DNA of 64,000 nucleotides, taken from Marsupella aquatica. Taxonomy: Eukaryota; Plantae; Marchantiophyta. A program made the position numbers and the translations under genes. This document shows, piece by piece, positions 38,918 through 51,362 of this stretch. The first letter of the stretch is position 1. Every line of letters begins with the position of its first letter. Below the pieces are notes generated by a model. It searched no databases. It had not been told where the DNA came from and saw only the letters and a program-made list of their open reading frames with translations. The stretch spans positions 29,518,932 through 29,582,931 of the forward strand of contig OZ316892.1 in assembly GCA_973895155.1 (NCBI GenBank). Reading direction: 5' to 3'.

Positions 38918-40182
38918 ATGAGACCAGTGTCATCCTTAGCATTACGTTAATGAAGAGGGGATGTCTTTTCAATCGTCAGATCACATCCAGCTCTATCTGG
39001 ATCGTTAATTCAAATTAGACGTCAAGTGATCACTATTGGCAGGAATATTACTATATTAGGTGAAGCCGGCCCTACCTAAAACGATTCCTTGGACACTGCA
39101 TGCGCTCATTTCTGATTCGCTCATTTCTGATTTGCTCATTTCTTTGCACTCATGGTCTGCAGGGGATCGTTGCCTTGGGAAGTCAGTGGTTCTGTCTGCA
39201 GTCTGCTCAACGGATTTTGCTTTGGACATTCGAGGCACATTGGTTTCTGTCACCTATCAGTCACTGAGGTGAGGTGAGGTGGATCGATGCTTTCTTCTAT
39301 AGTGGTAGCGGTAGTCGTTGCAGGTTGTGGAGCAGTTTCTCGTCCATAGGAATATTGCTAATTGTCACATTTGGACGAGACTAAACGTCGGGAAGGCAGG
39401 TCATCGTAAGCGGTCATCTCATCGCATTTGATTCAATGAGGGAGCTCTCGCCCAAATGGTGATCTCTCGGATTGCTTTTTGAGTCTTTTACGTTCTGTTG
39501 GATTTTAGTCATACTAGCCGGTGTACGTTCAGAGATTGAGCATTCTGCCCTCGCGCTTTGCTTTTGTTCCTGTCCCTCTGCCTGTGCGCACACTGATGGA
39601 TTATGTGTATTCCATCGATGCTTTCTCAATGTTTGACTGATTTATTTGCCAATCGCAAGCAATGTTTGACATCAAATGTGAAGGCATTCAAGACAATCAG
39701 TGTGCGTATTGTTTTAGTTATCATTTCTGCTAAGACAAGTCTATCTCAAATGCTTGGACGTCCGTAGGTATGCATGGATGCCCGGAGGTGATTGACGTTC
39801 TTCTTGACAGATGTGACGAGAGGACGAGGCAACTTTTAGAATACTGTTGTTGAGGAGTAAGCGGCTGACTGACTACACAGATCAAAATTGAGGTAAGTGC
39901 TCTTACCTTGCTTACTGTTCTTTACATTCAATCTCGCTCAGTGGTCAAACCAGTGAATACAAGATGGCACTTCGCTCGCCTACTCCATTTGCCTCGCTCT
40001 TTATTTCACTCGCCTGTACTCGCTCATCAGTTCGCTTGCCGTCAGCGATCGGTCTCGCTCACCTTTTGGCATCGGCCTCACTGATTGTTTCGCTTGCCTG
40101 CTGCCATCGGTCTCGCTCACCATTTTGCATTCCTGTTGCCATGGGCCTAGCATTTTCTGAGTATCGTCTAATGGGGCCAGCG

Positions 40183-40467
40183 CTCGGGGGGTTGAGTATC
40201 AACAATCTTAGGAACCACGTGCGATCCAAAATAGGTATTTTTCATATAAATTAGCTAAATTTTTAAAAAGTATAGAAAGCAAAAGAAGGTATTATAAACC
40301 TATATTTGTAGAATATTCTCTAATATATACCTTTTATAAAGTAAAATAGGTCATTAATATTGAAAATAGAGAATTTTTTAGAATATTCCCATTATAAAAT
40401 AGGTGTGTTTATATTAGGCTAGGATCGCACATGGTACCCCAAAATATACACTAAGTTAACCCCCCAG
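40183..40467. mobile_element. AT-rich MITE with 8-bp TSD, nested in the Crypton-like element
   Basis: TSD GGCCAGCG (40175-40182 and 40468-40475); ends CTCGGGGGGTT / AACCCCCCAG; sub-terminal IR GGAACCACGTGCGATCC / GGATCGCACATGGTACC. Confidence 0.75.
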
Positions 40468-40482
40468 GGCCAGCGAAGCAAT

Positions 40483-42382
40483 ATGGCCACTCCACCACCA
40501 AGAACAATGGCCAATCCATCATTCAGCATTGGCATGTCTGTTCTGCACAACTCTATGATCGACAATGACTCTAGGACAAAGGGTGCTGAACCTGCGTATT
40601 CTGAAGCCACTTTAGAGCCAGCAAGTGTGGTATTATTCAATCCGTTATCGTGTGACTTCAATGATCTCAGTCTGGACAAAAACACGCTGAAGTTGTTTGA
40701 TGCGTTGAATGCTGATGTTGATAAAATCAAAGTAGAAGCACCTGTTAGCCAATAGGTCCGTGTCACCGTCGAAGGTCAAACTCCCTTTGAGTTCCTTGCT
40801 GAGGATGAAGCTTTCCAGCAAACCATTGTTGCTGGCGGAGCAAATCCATCTGCTGCTGTTGACAAATGGGCTTGAAATCATCTTGACAAGTATCGTAGGT
40901 TCAAGGGTTGGGAACCATTGTTACCTTCAAGGATCTGAGTCCAGCAGACTGTAGCCTCTTGCTCACGAAGGTCTTTGAGCAGGTAACTAAGAAGGACGGT
41001 TGTCTGTATCCTAGCCAGACCCTCATGGGGCTCTATCGTGCATCCCATCGAATGCTACGTCGGAAACAAGAGAGCCGATGTAGCTAACTGGTGTTGATGA
41101 GCCTACATTTTGCATGAGAACAAGTCCCTTGTTTAAGAAAGTAGGCATTTCTTGTGTCTTAGCGATGGAGAGATCGAGGCGTGCTGGAGCAAACCTGCCG
41201 CGCAAGAAAGCTACTATGATTTCGCTTTCAAATGAACAGACAATACTTACTCACCCTTGCACTAGTCGCAGCCATCCTAGAGGATTGCAAAGAAGATGTG
41301 TTTATTACTTGTTATGCAGGTTTGCTATTCGTGGTGGGCAAGAGCTTTACAAAACCAAATTGACGACGCTGGTCAGTTTGTGAGATATGATGAACATTTG
41401 TCGAAGAATTATCGTGTTAGCCTGGACCAATATCAGGAGGAACACTTTCGACCTGCTGAGACAGAGCATGACTTGGACATGGTGCAAACAGTAGCTGAGT
41501 TGATTAGCCATCTCCCTCTATCTAGAACATTTTTGTTTTCTCAGTGCATAGATAACCCACGCACTATGGCTTGGTATTCTACATTGCGTGTGTCTACCAA
41601 GAAATTGACTGGATGTTTAAAAGAAGTGCACAAGGAATTATGTGGATTGGATGTGGATGCCATTTCTAACAAGTCAGGGAGAACTACATGTGTCACACGG
41701 ATGGCTTCGGAGGGTGTACCACCTGCAATTGGAATGAGGATCACAGGGCACAAGTCACAAGGTGCCTACAGTAGATATGACAGGTCAGTGGAGGCTCAAG
41801 TTTGTGCTGCCCAACGATCTGCTGGTGAGTGCAGTGCATATAACTCAAATGTGCAGGAAGAGACAGACCTCTTCAAGAACAATGTGATTTCAGGTTCAGA
41901 TGAACATGAACCTCCTGTTTTGAAGAAGGCACGTTCAGAGAGTGGAGGTAAGGATTGTAATCTTTGAGTGCTTGTATTCTTGAGTATTGTTTCACTATTT
42001 TATCCTCATTTGTTAACTGTTTGTCTAAAACTTTGTTGGATGTTTGTTGCAGATATATACTTCTGCTAATGACAGCAGTGATGTCTCGATGTCTACTCCT
42101 ACAATGGAGCCTCCAGTGAAGCCAGTATCTATGGAGGAGTTGACTCTGGCAGCACTGAGTCCTGAGCAGAATCGTGTGGAAGGTGGCAAGAAGGCTGGCG
42201 ACGAAGAGCAGTGGATGGATATGTATGACTGGGATAATTACATGTCCCCCTGGGACCGTGGTAGCAATGTTCAAAATGTGAACCCAATCAATGTTGTTCT
42301 TGGTAAAATATCGTCAATGACCAATTGCACTATTAATTTCAACATCAAATCTCTGGGATCAGTGCCAGGTTTAGATCAGTAA
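40483..42382 (+). pseudogene. Frameshifted Crypton/DUF3504-type tyrosine recombinase
   Basis: VTKKDGCLYPSQTL, RKKATMISLSNEQTIL, FAIRGGQEL (R), EHLSKNY (K), SNKSGRTTCVTRM (R), ITGHKSQGAYSRY (H, Y), C-terminal NCTINFN tail. Confidence 0.8.
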
Positions 42383-44689
42383 GCTAGAGTAGATATTTTC
42401 CAGGCCTGTGTGGCAAAGTTCAGTGCCAGGTTTAGATCACTAAGCTAGTCAAAGTAGATATTTTCCAGGCTTGTGTGGCAAAGGAGGATACAAATATTAC
42501 TTAGGATTGATAGATCATCCATAGTATACTCAGGAATCTTCATTTTCACTATCGGACTATAGATGATTATTGGACTCTTAAAATTGATATTCCATGACCA
42601 TTATACTCACATGGTCGCAATTGTATAGTGATTTTTTTCAATCTGAAAATAAAGTTTCAACTCTCTGCCGTGGGAGTTTTTCTCTATTCCACTTGTTATT
42701 TTCTGTTTGAATTTTTTGGAGGTCGTTGGCATCCCGCGGATCTACTCTGACATGCCCAGCTGGTTAGCGCCCCTCCAGCTGGTTAGCGCCTCCTGGTCTG
42801 ACACTTGCAGTCTGTTGGTCGTATTTAATGAGATATAATCTTCCCTAAACTACCTTACGTGTCAACAAATGGATGGCTCAAAAGTTGAAAAGATAGACAC
42901 TCTTCCTTAACGCTTCGTTCCAGCGCGAAGCAGGAAAGATGCTATCCTCGGTGAGAGGGGGTAACGCTTTGTTCCAGCGCGAAGCTGGAAAGATGCTATC
43001 CTTGGTGAGAGGCTCGCGGGAGAAGGCCCTGGGCCACTAGCAGATGTGATTGGTGTAGCATGTGAAGGGAAGAGTGGGTTGCTAGGAATTGCGAGTATAC
43101 AATGAGTAAAAACTCTGGGCAGGTATAAATTCGGTAGAAATGAAATTCAGGGTCTTCCAAACCATGGACCTAAATGGACAACTGCCTAATCAGATCAAAC
43201 TATCTGCAAACAGATTCAGTTCGACAACATTTTCATTGTTAACACATTTTCAAAGCTGAAACTTGGCAATCAAATCATCCATCACAAAATATGTATTTGT
43301 AACATTTTGCAGAAACGGTGAGTACGTGACCAATGTCCGAATACTTTTTCCAGGTCAGGTGACTGAGTCAGGTTGATTGCTCAACAGTCCACTAGGAATT
43401 CAAGACTAAGTATGTTAGTTCGTATGATTCATAGTTTCGAACTACCATAGTTTGGACCTCATCTTTGGTGACATTCTCACATAGAAATCAAGGATGTGTC
43501 GGATGTTGTGAACTCTGAACTTCAAACAGGACTTCCATACTTCTGACCACCAAGAAACAGTACCGACTCGAGACCCCCCCCCCCCAAATGGATAACATCA
43601 CGTGGAGATTGTAGACTAAACAACTGTGTGTGGCTGTCTGGGAACTGAATTGCAAGACTAATTACTAGCTCCACTGTCACTGCCTCCGACTTCCCAAGCC
43701 AAATCGACTTCGGTGGGTAGTACTTGCTCTTATTGCTACCCACTGACTTCCCAAGCCAAATCGTGTAACAACAAATGGTGGCACTTTGGTGGTCTCCCCT
43801 TGATGATGGGGTCTGGGTCTTTGGGTGTGATATTCTGTCTCCCAGTTGGGCGCCTTTTGTCTTTTGGCCTTCTCTAAGTATGAATCTATAATGTCAAATT
43901 TAATGCTCTCTAGTTTTCTTCGGCCCCTATACTGCCCATCCCAGTCCTCTATTAATGCTGCCCTTTTCGGCCCCATCCACTTTGGTTTGTGTCCTGGCAT
44001 CAATTCATCCCAGTCCCCTATTAGTGCTGCCCGTTCCGACCCGATCCACTTTGGTTTGTGTCATGACATCAATTTTTGGTCACGTTGCATTCTGGCACCC
44101 TTCACTTTTTGTCGCTCTCGCTCCATTGACACTGAAGCTTCAACCATGTACCATGTCCATTGTGAAGGGTGAACTTAAGACTTTAGATAATTATTAATAA
44201 ACAAACTCCAGCTATAGATTTTCACTGTCAGAGCAACCATTGCCACTCAATCATGTCAAGGAACAATGAGTTTTACATATTGAACCAACTGTAGATTCTC
44301 TTACACTAGGCAAAGTACGTATCAGGCTTTGCTTGAACACTTAGACTTTGTTAGTCAAGTGGTCACGGTTGCTTGGATTTGTCATGCTTAAAATTAGGCA
44401 AGGATAAGCCACCTTGTTCTTCTGCATTGGCTTCGGTTGGTGTCTATTGTGATGTACTTAATGTTAGGCATTTACTCCTTAGGTCTAGAGTTACTATGTA
44501 ACCATAGTTATTCCAACCATAGTCAAGTGCTTGCTTACAATGAGATGTGCAAAAACTACTGTCTTACACTAGCAAAGCTTAGTTTGTGAGTGGAACTTAG
44601 GCTCATTGTTAGGGAGCCCTGGTAGGGAGCCAGTCGGGAAAAAGGAAGAGCTAAGACTGTGAGACTTGGTATGACTTAAAGTTATCACG

Positions 44690-44960
44690 GAAATGGGATT
44701 GTCACATGGGAATGTGAATCCAGCTCCATTGTGATAGTCATAGTACTTTGACTCTTGCTATGGACCAGGTGATGGAAAGTAAGGTGAAACATATTAATGT
44801 CAAGTATCACTTTATTAGACAAATTGTGTTTGATATGATGTTTAAACTAGTCGAGATTGACGATAAACTCAATCCAACTAATGCCTTTACTGAAGCAATT
44901 TTTTTGAAGAAATTTAGGGACATCATGCCACAATGTTGCAAGTTATGTAATTGCGACACA
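44690..44960 (+). mobile_element. Degenerate Ty1/copia RNase H remnant
   Basis: DQVMESKVKHINVKYHFIRQ...LVEIDDKLNPTNAFT, similar to the RNase H at 48220-48657. Confidence 0.8.
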
Positions 44961-47837
44961 CAAGTAGAATAACTTAGTATTTTGAAATGTCTGATATGTG
45001 CTCTTATTCATTCTCATACACGCTACAACTTAGGTTACTCTGACTTTAAAGGAAGTCTAATATAGATTTTTGTCCAAAATGTCTCATTGAATAATCATAT
45101 AGGTAGCATCAATTATGATTAATTGGGATGTCATAGCGGGCATGTCATTGTTGCAAAAGTCTTGTCATTCTAGCAGCCAATGCCATGTGTGTAGTCATGT
45201 TATAGTTGTAGAAGTGTAGTTCAGGTACATAGTTGTTGGTGCAACGATGTTGTCATATTAGGTGATGTTGTTGTTGTTGTAAAAGTGATGTTGTTGGGGA
45301 GGGCAACGCGGCACAAGATAGCTAAGAATGCCTGAGGCATAAAGCAAGTGGTTGCATGATGCTACATGGAGAGAGAAAAATTTTGCTTTTTTGGCCATTC
45401 TATTTGTTTCCCCTTCACCATGCCACCCTTTCATTCCTCCCGCTCTCCCTCCCTTGGGAGCTCCCTCCCTTGCCCTCCCAGTGCCTTCAACCCTCCCGTC
45501 CCATCCCCCTCCCCCTTTTCTAACCTCCAACACCATTAAAAAGCGAGAAAAACTAGGAAGAAACTTAAGATAAACTAAACTTCGGTCCGAATATGAAAAT
45601 TCCGGTCCTAAGAGAAAAGTCAATATATTTTCTCATGTCAATCTACCTCCCTTTTACTCACTCCATGCCCACAACCCAGCCTGAATCTCAACCCAATCTC
45701 TTCTAGTAATACAGTACATTAGTTAGAAATGATGGAAATTTTATAAATTTTGAACTTTTTCTAACTCAAAGGTGTAATATAGTTACCTTTTGTAGCAATT
45801 TAGATCAACTGAACACTTTATCTAATGCTATGCTTCATCAGAGGCTATTGCTTGTATTGGACAAGGATCGGACGCTTTCTGAAGCGTCCACAAAAGTTCC
45901 TTTGTATTTTGGACGCCTCGTGAAGCGTCCACCAAAATCCTGACACTTATTAAACTTTTTGGTTTTCCGCTTTTTATAACACAGTGACACTTTTACTAAT
46001 TTATTTGAAGCACTTAGAGATCTCGTAAAAGTCTGAAACTTTGCGAGCATAGAGATTATACTTAGTTGAGTATCCTGGAAAAGTTTCAACTCATTCTGAA
46101 TTTTATTTTAGAAGTTAAAATTAGATTAATATCACTGTTTATTAGTTTTATCACAAACACTGACGCTTTGCAAAGCGTCCGTTCAAACCTCGACGCTTTG
46201 AGAAGCGTCCCCTGCATTTTGGACACTTTCAGCAGTGTCCATTCACTGTTCAAGGATGACCGTCATTAAGTTTATTCAAGACCCTTTAGATATGAAAGGG
46301 CATGTCCTTGCAGTATCTCAGTCTCCTTGGGTTCTTGCTAGCCTATATGAAGTAAAATTTGTGTCATTTTCAAGTGTGAAGAAATAAAGTAAGTGCCTAT
46401 GGCATGTGTTGCAGCACTGGAATCACCTTTGCAAAGCTTTCGTGTGTTTTCTTATGTATGGAGCTTGCAAATGCAAAGGAATTCTTCTCCCTTCCCTGGT
46501 CTAAATGATTGAGAGTTTAGATCATTGAAGTAAAATTACCTGTATGAAGTTGAATCTCAGAAGTATGAGGGAATAGATTCCTTAAGTGGTGACAACCCAT
46601 CTTCTTGAGTTCTTATGCATAGTTTTTGGCGTGACATTGCTTGTGCACGGGATACAGAGATTGTTACTCACCAATTATTTATGACTTCTATTTGAGCATG
46701 ATGGTGTAATTATTCGTGACTCAGAGTATCGATTGGATGCAGAAGTGATTGATTACTAGTTTCTTCTGAGTACCTTTGGAAGGAAAAGTTGAGACGTGTT
46801 GATGACATTTTAGTAATCATCCTAGTACAATAATCCATTCCAAAAATGTTCTTGCGGATTTACCACCCAAATCACATCAAATGAAGTATTGATGAGAAGT
46901 TACCTTGGTGTTTTCCAGACTCCCTCATCATACCTCAATGATTTCATTATGGTGTTTCCATTTTATTAATTGTATTTACAATGTTAAGCAAACATTCAAA
47001 TCTATGCCTTCCTGAGCAACCATAGTAAAAGGCTCAAACTTGTGTTTTTGTTACCTTAGTCATTCATAAGTGTTAAATGATAGAAAATCATTTCTATCTT
47101 GTTCTTCCATGGGATCGAATATCGAGTTTTGGATATTAAATGTTGATTTATGTCCTTAGTGCAATACTACACTTCCTTTAATGCTCCATGCCAAAAAGTA
47201 CTCTACGCACTAGTTATAGCTAGCATCGTTATGACTATACCCTAGCACATGTCCTATACTTTGTATTCTACTACAAAAACAATCTTTTGTACCACTTTTA
47301 GTCAATCCAAGAGTCTCAAAAAACCCTCTTAAACAGTTGATGGCAGAGTACAATTTCCTCCTCTTTCAAGTTTGTAACCCGATAATGGGTGAGATTTGGC
47401 AGAATCCCATATAATAGTAGTTGATTAATGCTCACAAGAAGTCTACATTTTCCTCTCTGAATAATTCTCGTCTGCATTTAGAACTGCCAACCAGTTTCCT
47501 TTTCAGGTGCCGGCCCATGTTTTGGCTAATTCTTCCCAGTAGAAAATGCCTTGGGTCACAATTCATGTTTGTCCAGACTGCTGCAAAATTGTTGAGCATA
47601 GACGACGATCGCAACGGCAAGCCCAGGAACCATCCAACGCACAATAGTCGACACAAGAGATACGTGGTTCACCTCCTTGAGGCTACGTCCACGGGAACAC
47701 ACAAGAGAGCTTTACTGAACTCTAAGCCCGTCGGCTATACCGAGTCTCCACAGTGTAAGCTCTCCCTATCTCTCAAGTGGCTCCATAACAATGAGCCTTG
47801 GTTCTACCTCTCCAAGCACACATGCCTCTTATGATAT

Positions 47838-47990
47838 AGTGTGCAACTTAGTTGTACCTAACCACATAGTTGTACCTAACCACATAGTTGTACCTAATCA
47901 CGTAGTTGTACCTAACCACATAGTTGTACCTAATCACGTAGTTGTACCTAACCACGTAGTTGTACCAACCCACGTTGTTGTACCAACCAC
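47838..47990. repeat. 18-bp tandem array inside the LTR (also at ~52942-53094)
   Basis: About 8 copies of TAGTTGTACCTAA(C/T)CAC(A/G). Confidence 0.9.
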
Positions 47991-48219
47991 GTCATACCTA
48001 ACCTAGACGTAAGAGTAAATACCCAACAATCTTCCCCTTGACTCTGGTCTAGGGGAGAGTAATACTGCCAATGTATATGATCCCTCAGCGGGAAGTTCTG
48101 GACAGAAACCAAACCGGTTTCCCTCTCTAACTAGAGCAAACCAGAACTAAGCCGTAGCCTAATACATAGGAATGAGGAAGAGCATATATCAGTAATTACA
48201 ATGAATGTTTAAGAAAACT

Positions 48220-51200
48220 CTACTTGTGATGCAATTGCAAAACCTGCAATACGTCACGGTGTCTAGAGAAACTCTCCAAAGGAATCACTTTGGTAAATGC
48301 GTCAGCCGGGTTGAGTTTACCATCAATCTTGACTAGCTCAAACAAATTATCAGACACAGCCTGCCTGATAAAATGGTACCTGACGTCAATGTGCTTCACT
48401 CTACTGTCCATCACCTGGTTCACAGCAAGGTGGAGCGCACTTTGACTATCACAATGGAGCTTCACATTCCCCTGTGGCAATCCCATTTCAGTGATAAGTC
48501 TATCCAACCAAATCGCTTCCTTTGCTGCTTCCGCAGCTGCAACATACTCCGCTTCTGTAGTAGACTGAGCAATACACTTCTGCAAAATAGACCTCCAACT
48601 TATGCATCCACCGCCAAGTGTGAACACGTATCCTGTTGTTGATCTCCTTCGGTCCAATCTTGTCCATAGTCAGAATCTACATAGCCAATCAATGATCTAG
48701 CATTCTTTGCATTCGCATCAAATAAAAGACCATGATCCACGGTACCCTTCAAGTACCTGATAATCCACTTCACTGCTTCTCCTTTGAAGCACTTGCCTCA
48801 TGAAATGAAGAAGGTTCTCCTTCTTCCAAAATTAACGCATCACCCTCATCATCAGCTGTAAAATCATCCTCTTGCAGTTGAGATGAATCAACCCACTGTC
48901 CATACCTTGGTGGAGCGCGTACAGTGCGACCAGATGTTCTTCTAGCCGATGACTCCGGTTGATCTGCGTGTGCTGGTACAATTTGAAGCTCAACAGCATC
49001 CACTTGCTGCTCACCAGCATCAACAAACTCCTCTGGTTCCTTTGGCACAGGAACCAGCTCCATAATTGGAGCAACTCCTTCTCTCCGGTCATGCACCTCA
49101 TAACCAATCTCCCCCTCAACGAGATCCGGGATAGGAGATTTTCCTTTGTCAGTACGGGAGACCTGAGTATTCTCCCCCTCCTTCAATAATCTGGATTCAT
49201 TGAAGGAAACATCCCTACTGACAACGAGCTTACAGGCAATAGGATCCCATAGCCTATAGGCTTTCACACCACTCTGGTACCCAAGAAAAACACATTTCCT
49301 GGAGGTAGGATCCAACTTGGTCCTATTCTGCTTTGGTGTGAGAGCATATGCATCACTTCCAAAAATTACCAAGCCATGATAGTCTGCTTGCCGCTTATAG
49401 CGCATCTCAAACGGCGTTTTGAAATTGATAGCACTAGAAGGAGAAAGATTTACCAAATAAGCTGCGGTATTGACAGCTTCTGCCCAAAATTCTTGTGGTA
49501 AACCTGATTGGCTCAACATACTCCGTGACCGCTCCAACAGTGTCCGATTGAGCCTCTCAGCGACACCATTCTGCTGCGGAGTATAAACTATGGTGAGATG
49601 GCGAGTTATCCCCTGTTCTGAACAGTACTCTTCAAATTCCATTGAAGTGTACTCCCCGCCGTTGTCTGACCTCAGACTCTTCACCCTTGTATCCAAACAC
49701 TTGATCGTGTTTCCAGTCTGATTCTCCACCTGGGCCTTCCACTTCTTAAAAATGGACAAGACATCAGACTTATGCGTCATGAAATAAATCCACACAAATC
49801 TTGAGTAATCATCAATAAATGATACATAGTACAACTTTCCAGAGTGTGAGGGAGTCGGGGATGGACCCCACACGTCACTATGTATGTACTCAAGAACCGC
49901 TTTGGAACGATGAGTTCAAATACCAAAAGCACGATGATGCTGCTTTCCAAGAATGCAATGCTCACAAAACTCTAATTTACAAGATTGCAAATCAGAAATG
50001 AGTCCATTCTTCCGTAAGATAGCCAAACCCTTCTCACTCATGTGGCCTAGCCGTGAATGCCACAGTTGAGTCATCTCCTCGTGAGACTTGGTTACATTGG
50101 CCTCTCCACATACAGTATTGCCCTGTAACACATACAAATTCTTTTGTCTACTCCCCTTCAAAATCACTGTCTCTCCCGACCTGACTTGAAGTTCACCATC
50201 AATAACGCTCCATTGATGACCATTTGAATCCAACACACCGAGTGAAATCAGATTCTTACGCATGTCAGGTACATACCTGACTCCGGACACTGTGCGCACA
50301 GCGCCATCAAACATTTGAATCTTCACAGACCCAATTCCCTCAATTTGACAGGAGTGATCATTTCCCATCAGAACTGAACCGTTTGAAACAGAGTAAGAAC
50401 TGAAAAACTCACGAATGTAACAAATATGAAAAGAGCAAGCACAATCAAGAATCCACACATCATCTGCTCTCCTAGATGACGTGCACAGGGCATACCCCCG
50501 GCTTCATAAAACATACTCATCATTGAGTAAATCAGTTTCTCCATCAGTCCTAGCCACATTTGCCGATGAAGTTTCCGCTACCTTTCCCTTACAGTCTCGC
50601 TTGAAGTGTCCAACTTGGTTGCACTTCCAACATGTCACCTGCCTCCTCTGAGGGGATTTACCCTTGGACTTAGATCTGGATTTAGATCTAAACTGGGTTC
50701 TACGGTCCCCAGTTGGTCGCTGCATACTCCTCCCACGGTTAACATTGAGGGCAGCACCAAATGATGAAGGCTGTGACGTGATGTGCATCTTCTGCTGAAG
50801 ATCATCACTAAGCAGAGAACTTACCACGTCATTGTATGAAATGTTATCCCTATCACGATGCAACAACACTCGTGATAGGGACTGGTAAGATGGAGGCAAT
50901 GAACTAAGAAGCTGCAGAGCCTTCGTCTCATCATTCAAAGTCTCCCCAAGGTTTTCCAAGTCAACGACCATGTCGTTGAAAGCATCCACATGGTCTTGCA
51001 ACTTCATACCAGATTTCTTCATCCTGAAACTCATCAGTTTGTAGGAAGTGTAGAGCCGGTTCGACAACTCCTTGCGGTGATACTTGCTCTACAATTCCGC
51101 AAACAAGGACATGCAATCCTTATGTGCACCCAACTGCTTGATGATGGGAGGCATGAGATAGAGTGTAACACACCACACTCCCTGCTCCTGCATGCGGTCC

Positions 51201-51362
51201 CATTGTTTCTCATCAACATCGTCTTCACGAGGGCTCAGCAGTTGGCCCATCCCTGACGCATAAAGCACTCCCTTCACCTGCTTCTCCCATAGCAAGTAGT
51301 CAGAGCGCCCATCATACTTTGTCACTTCATACTTGGGTCCCCCAAGCTTGAAAGTCCCCATC
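48220..51362 (-). pseudogene. Disrupted copia gag-pol: gag with CCHC knuckle, protease, integrase, RNase H; RT missing
   Basis: CWKCNQVGHFKRDC, WILDCACSFH, LWHSRLGH/CEHC, FIDDYSR..LRSDNGGEY..PQQNGVAER, RRSTTGYVF..STTEAEY..KHIDVRYHF; stops at 51089 and 50504, frameshifts near 49916 and 48660. Confidence 0.93.

Larger units (their letters stand above)
38860..43000 (+). mobile_element. Crypton-like tyrosine-recombinase DNA element (boundaries approximate)
   Basis: Contains a YR pseudogene; absent from copy B; imperfect sub-terminal inverted repeats at 38945-38990 and 42868-42912; terminal palindrome and hairpin. Confidence 0.65.
26270..43760. repeat. Copy A of a tandem segmental duplication (copy B ~54750-64000+)
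   Basis: Collinear homologous blocks: 26270-27230 vs 54750-55710; ANK 27538-29280 vs 55909-57678; 31696-32940 vs 58217-59530; 43000-43390 vs 60215-60585; 43445-43760 vs 63715-64000. Confidence 0.9.

Noticed and set aside
45100-47300. Possible long gypsy-like LTR remnant
   Set aside because: LTR-like texture only; no defensible termini, TSD or coding domain.
47838-47990. Regular 18-bp repeats, superficially CRISPR-like; VVPNH ORFs
   Set aside because: No unique spacers; a simple tandem array inside both LTRs of a eukaryotic retrotransposon.
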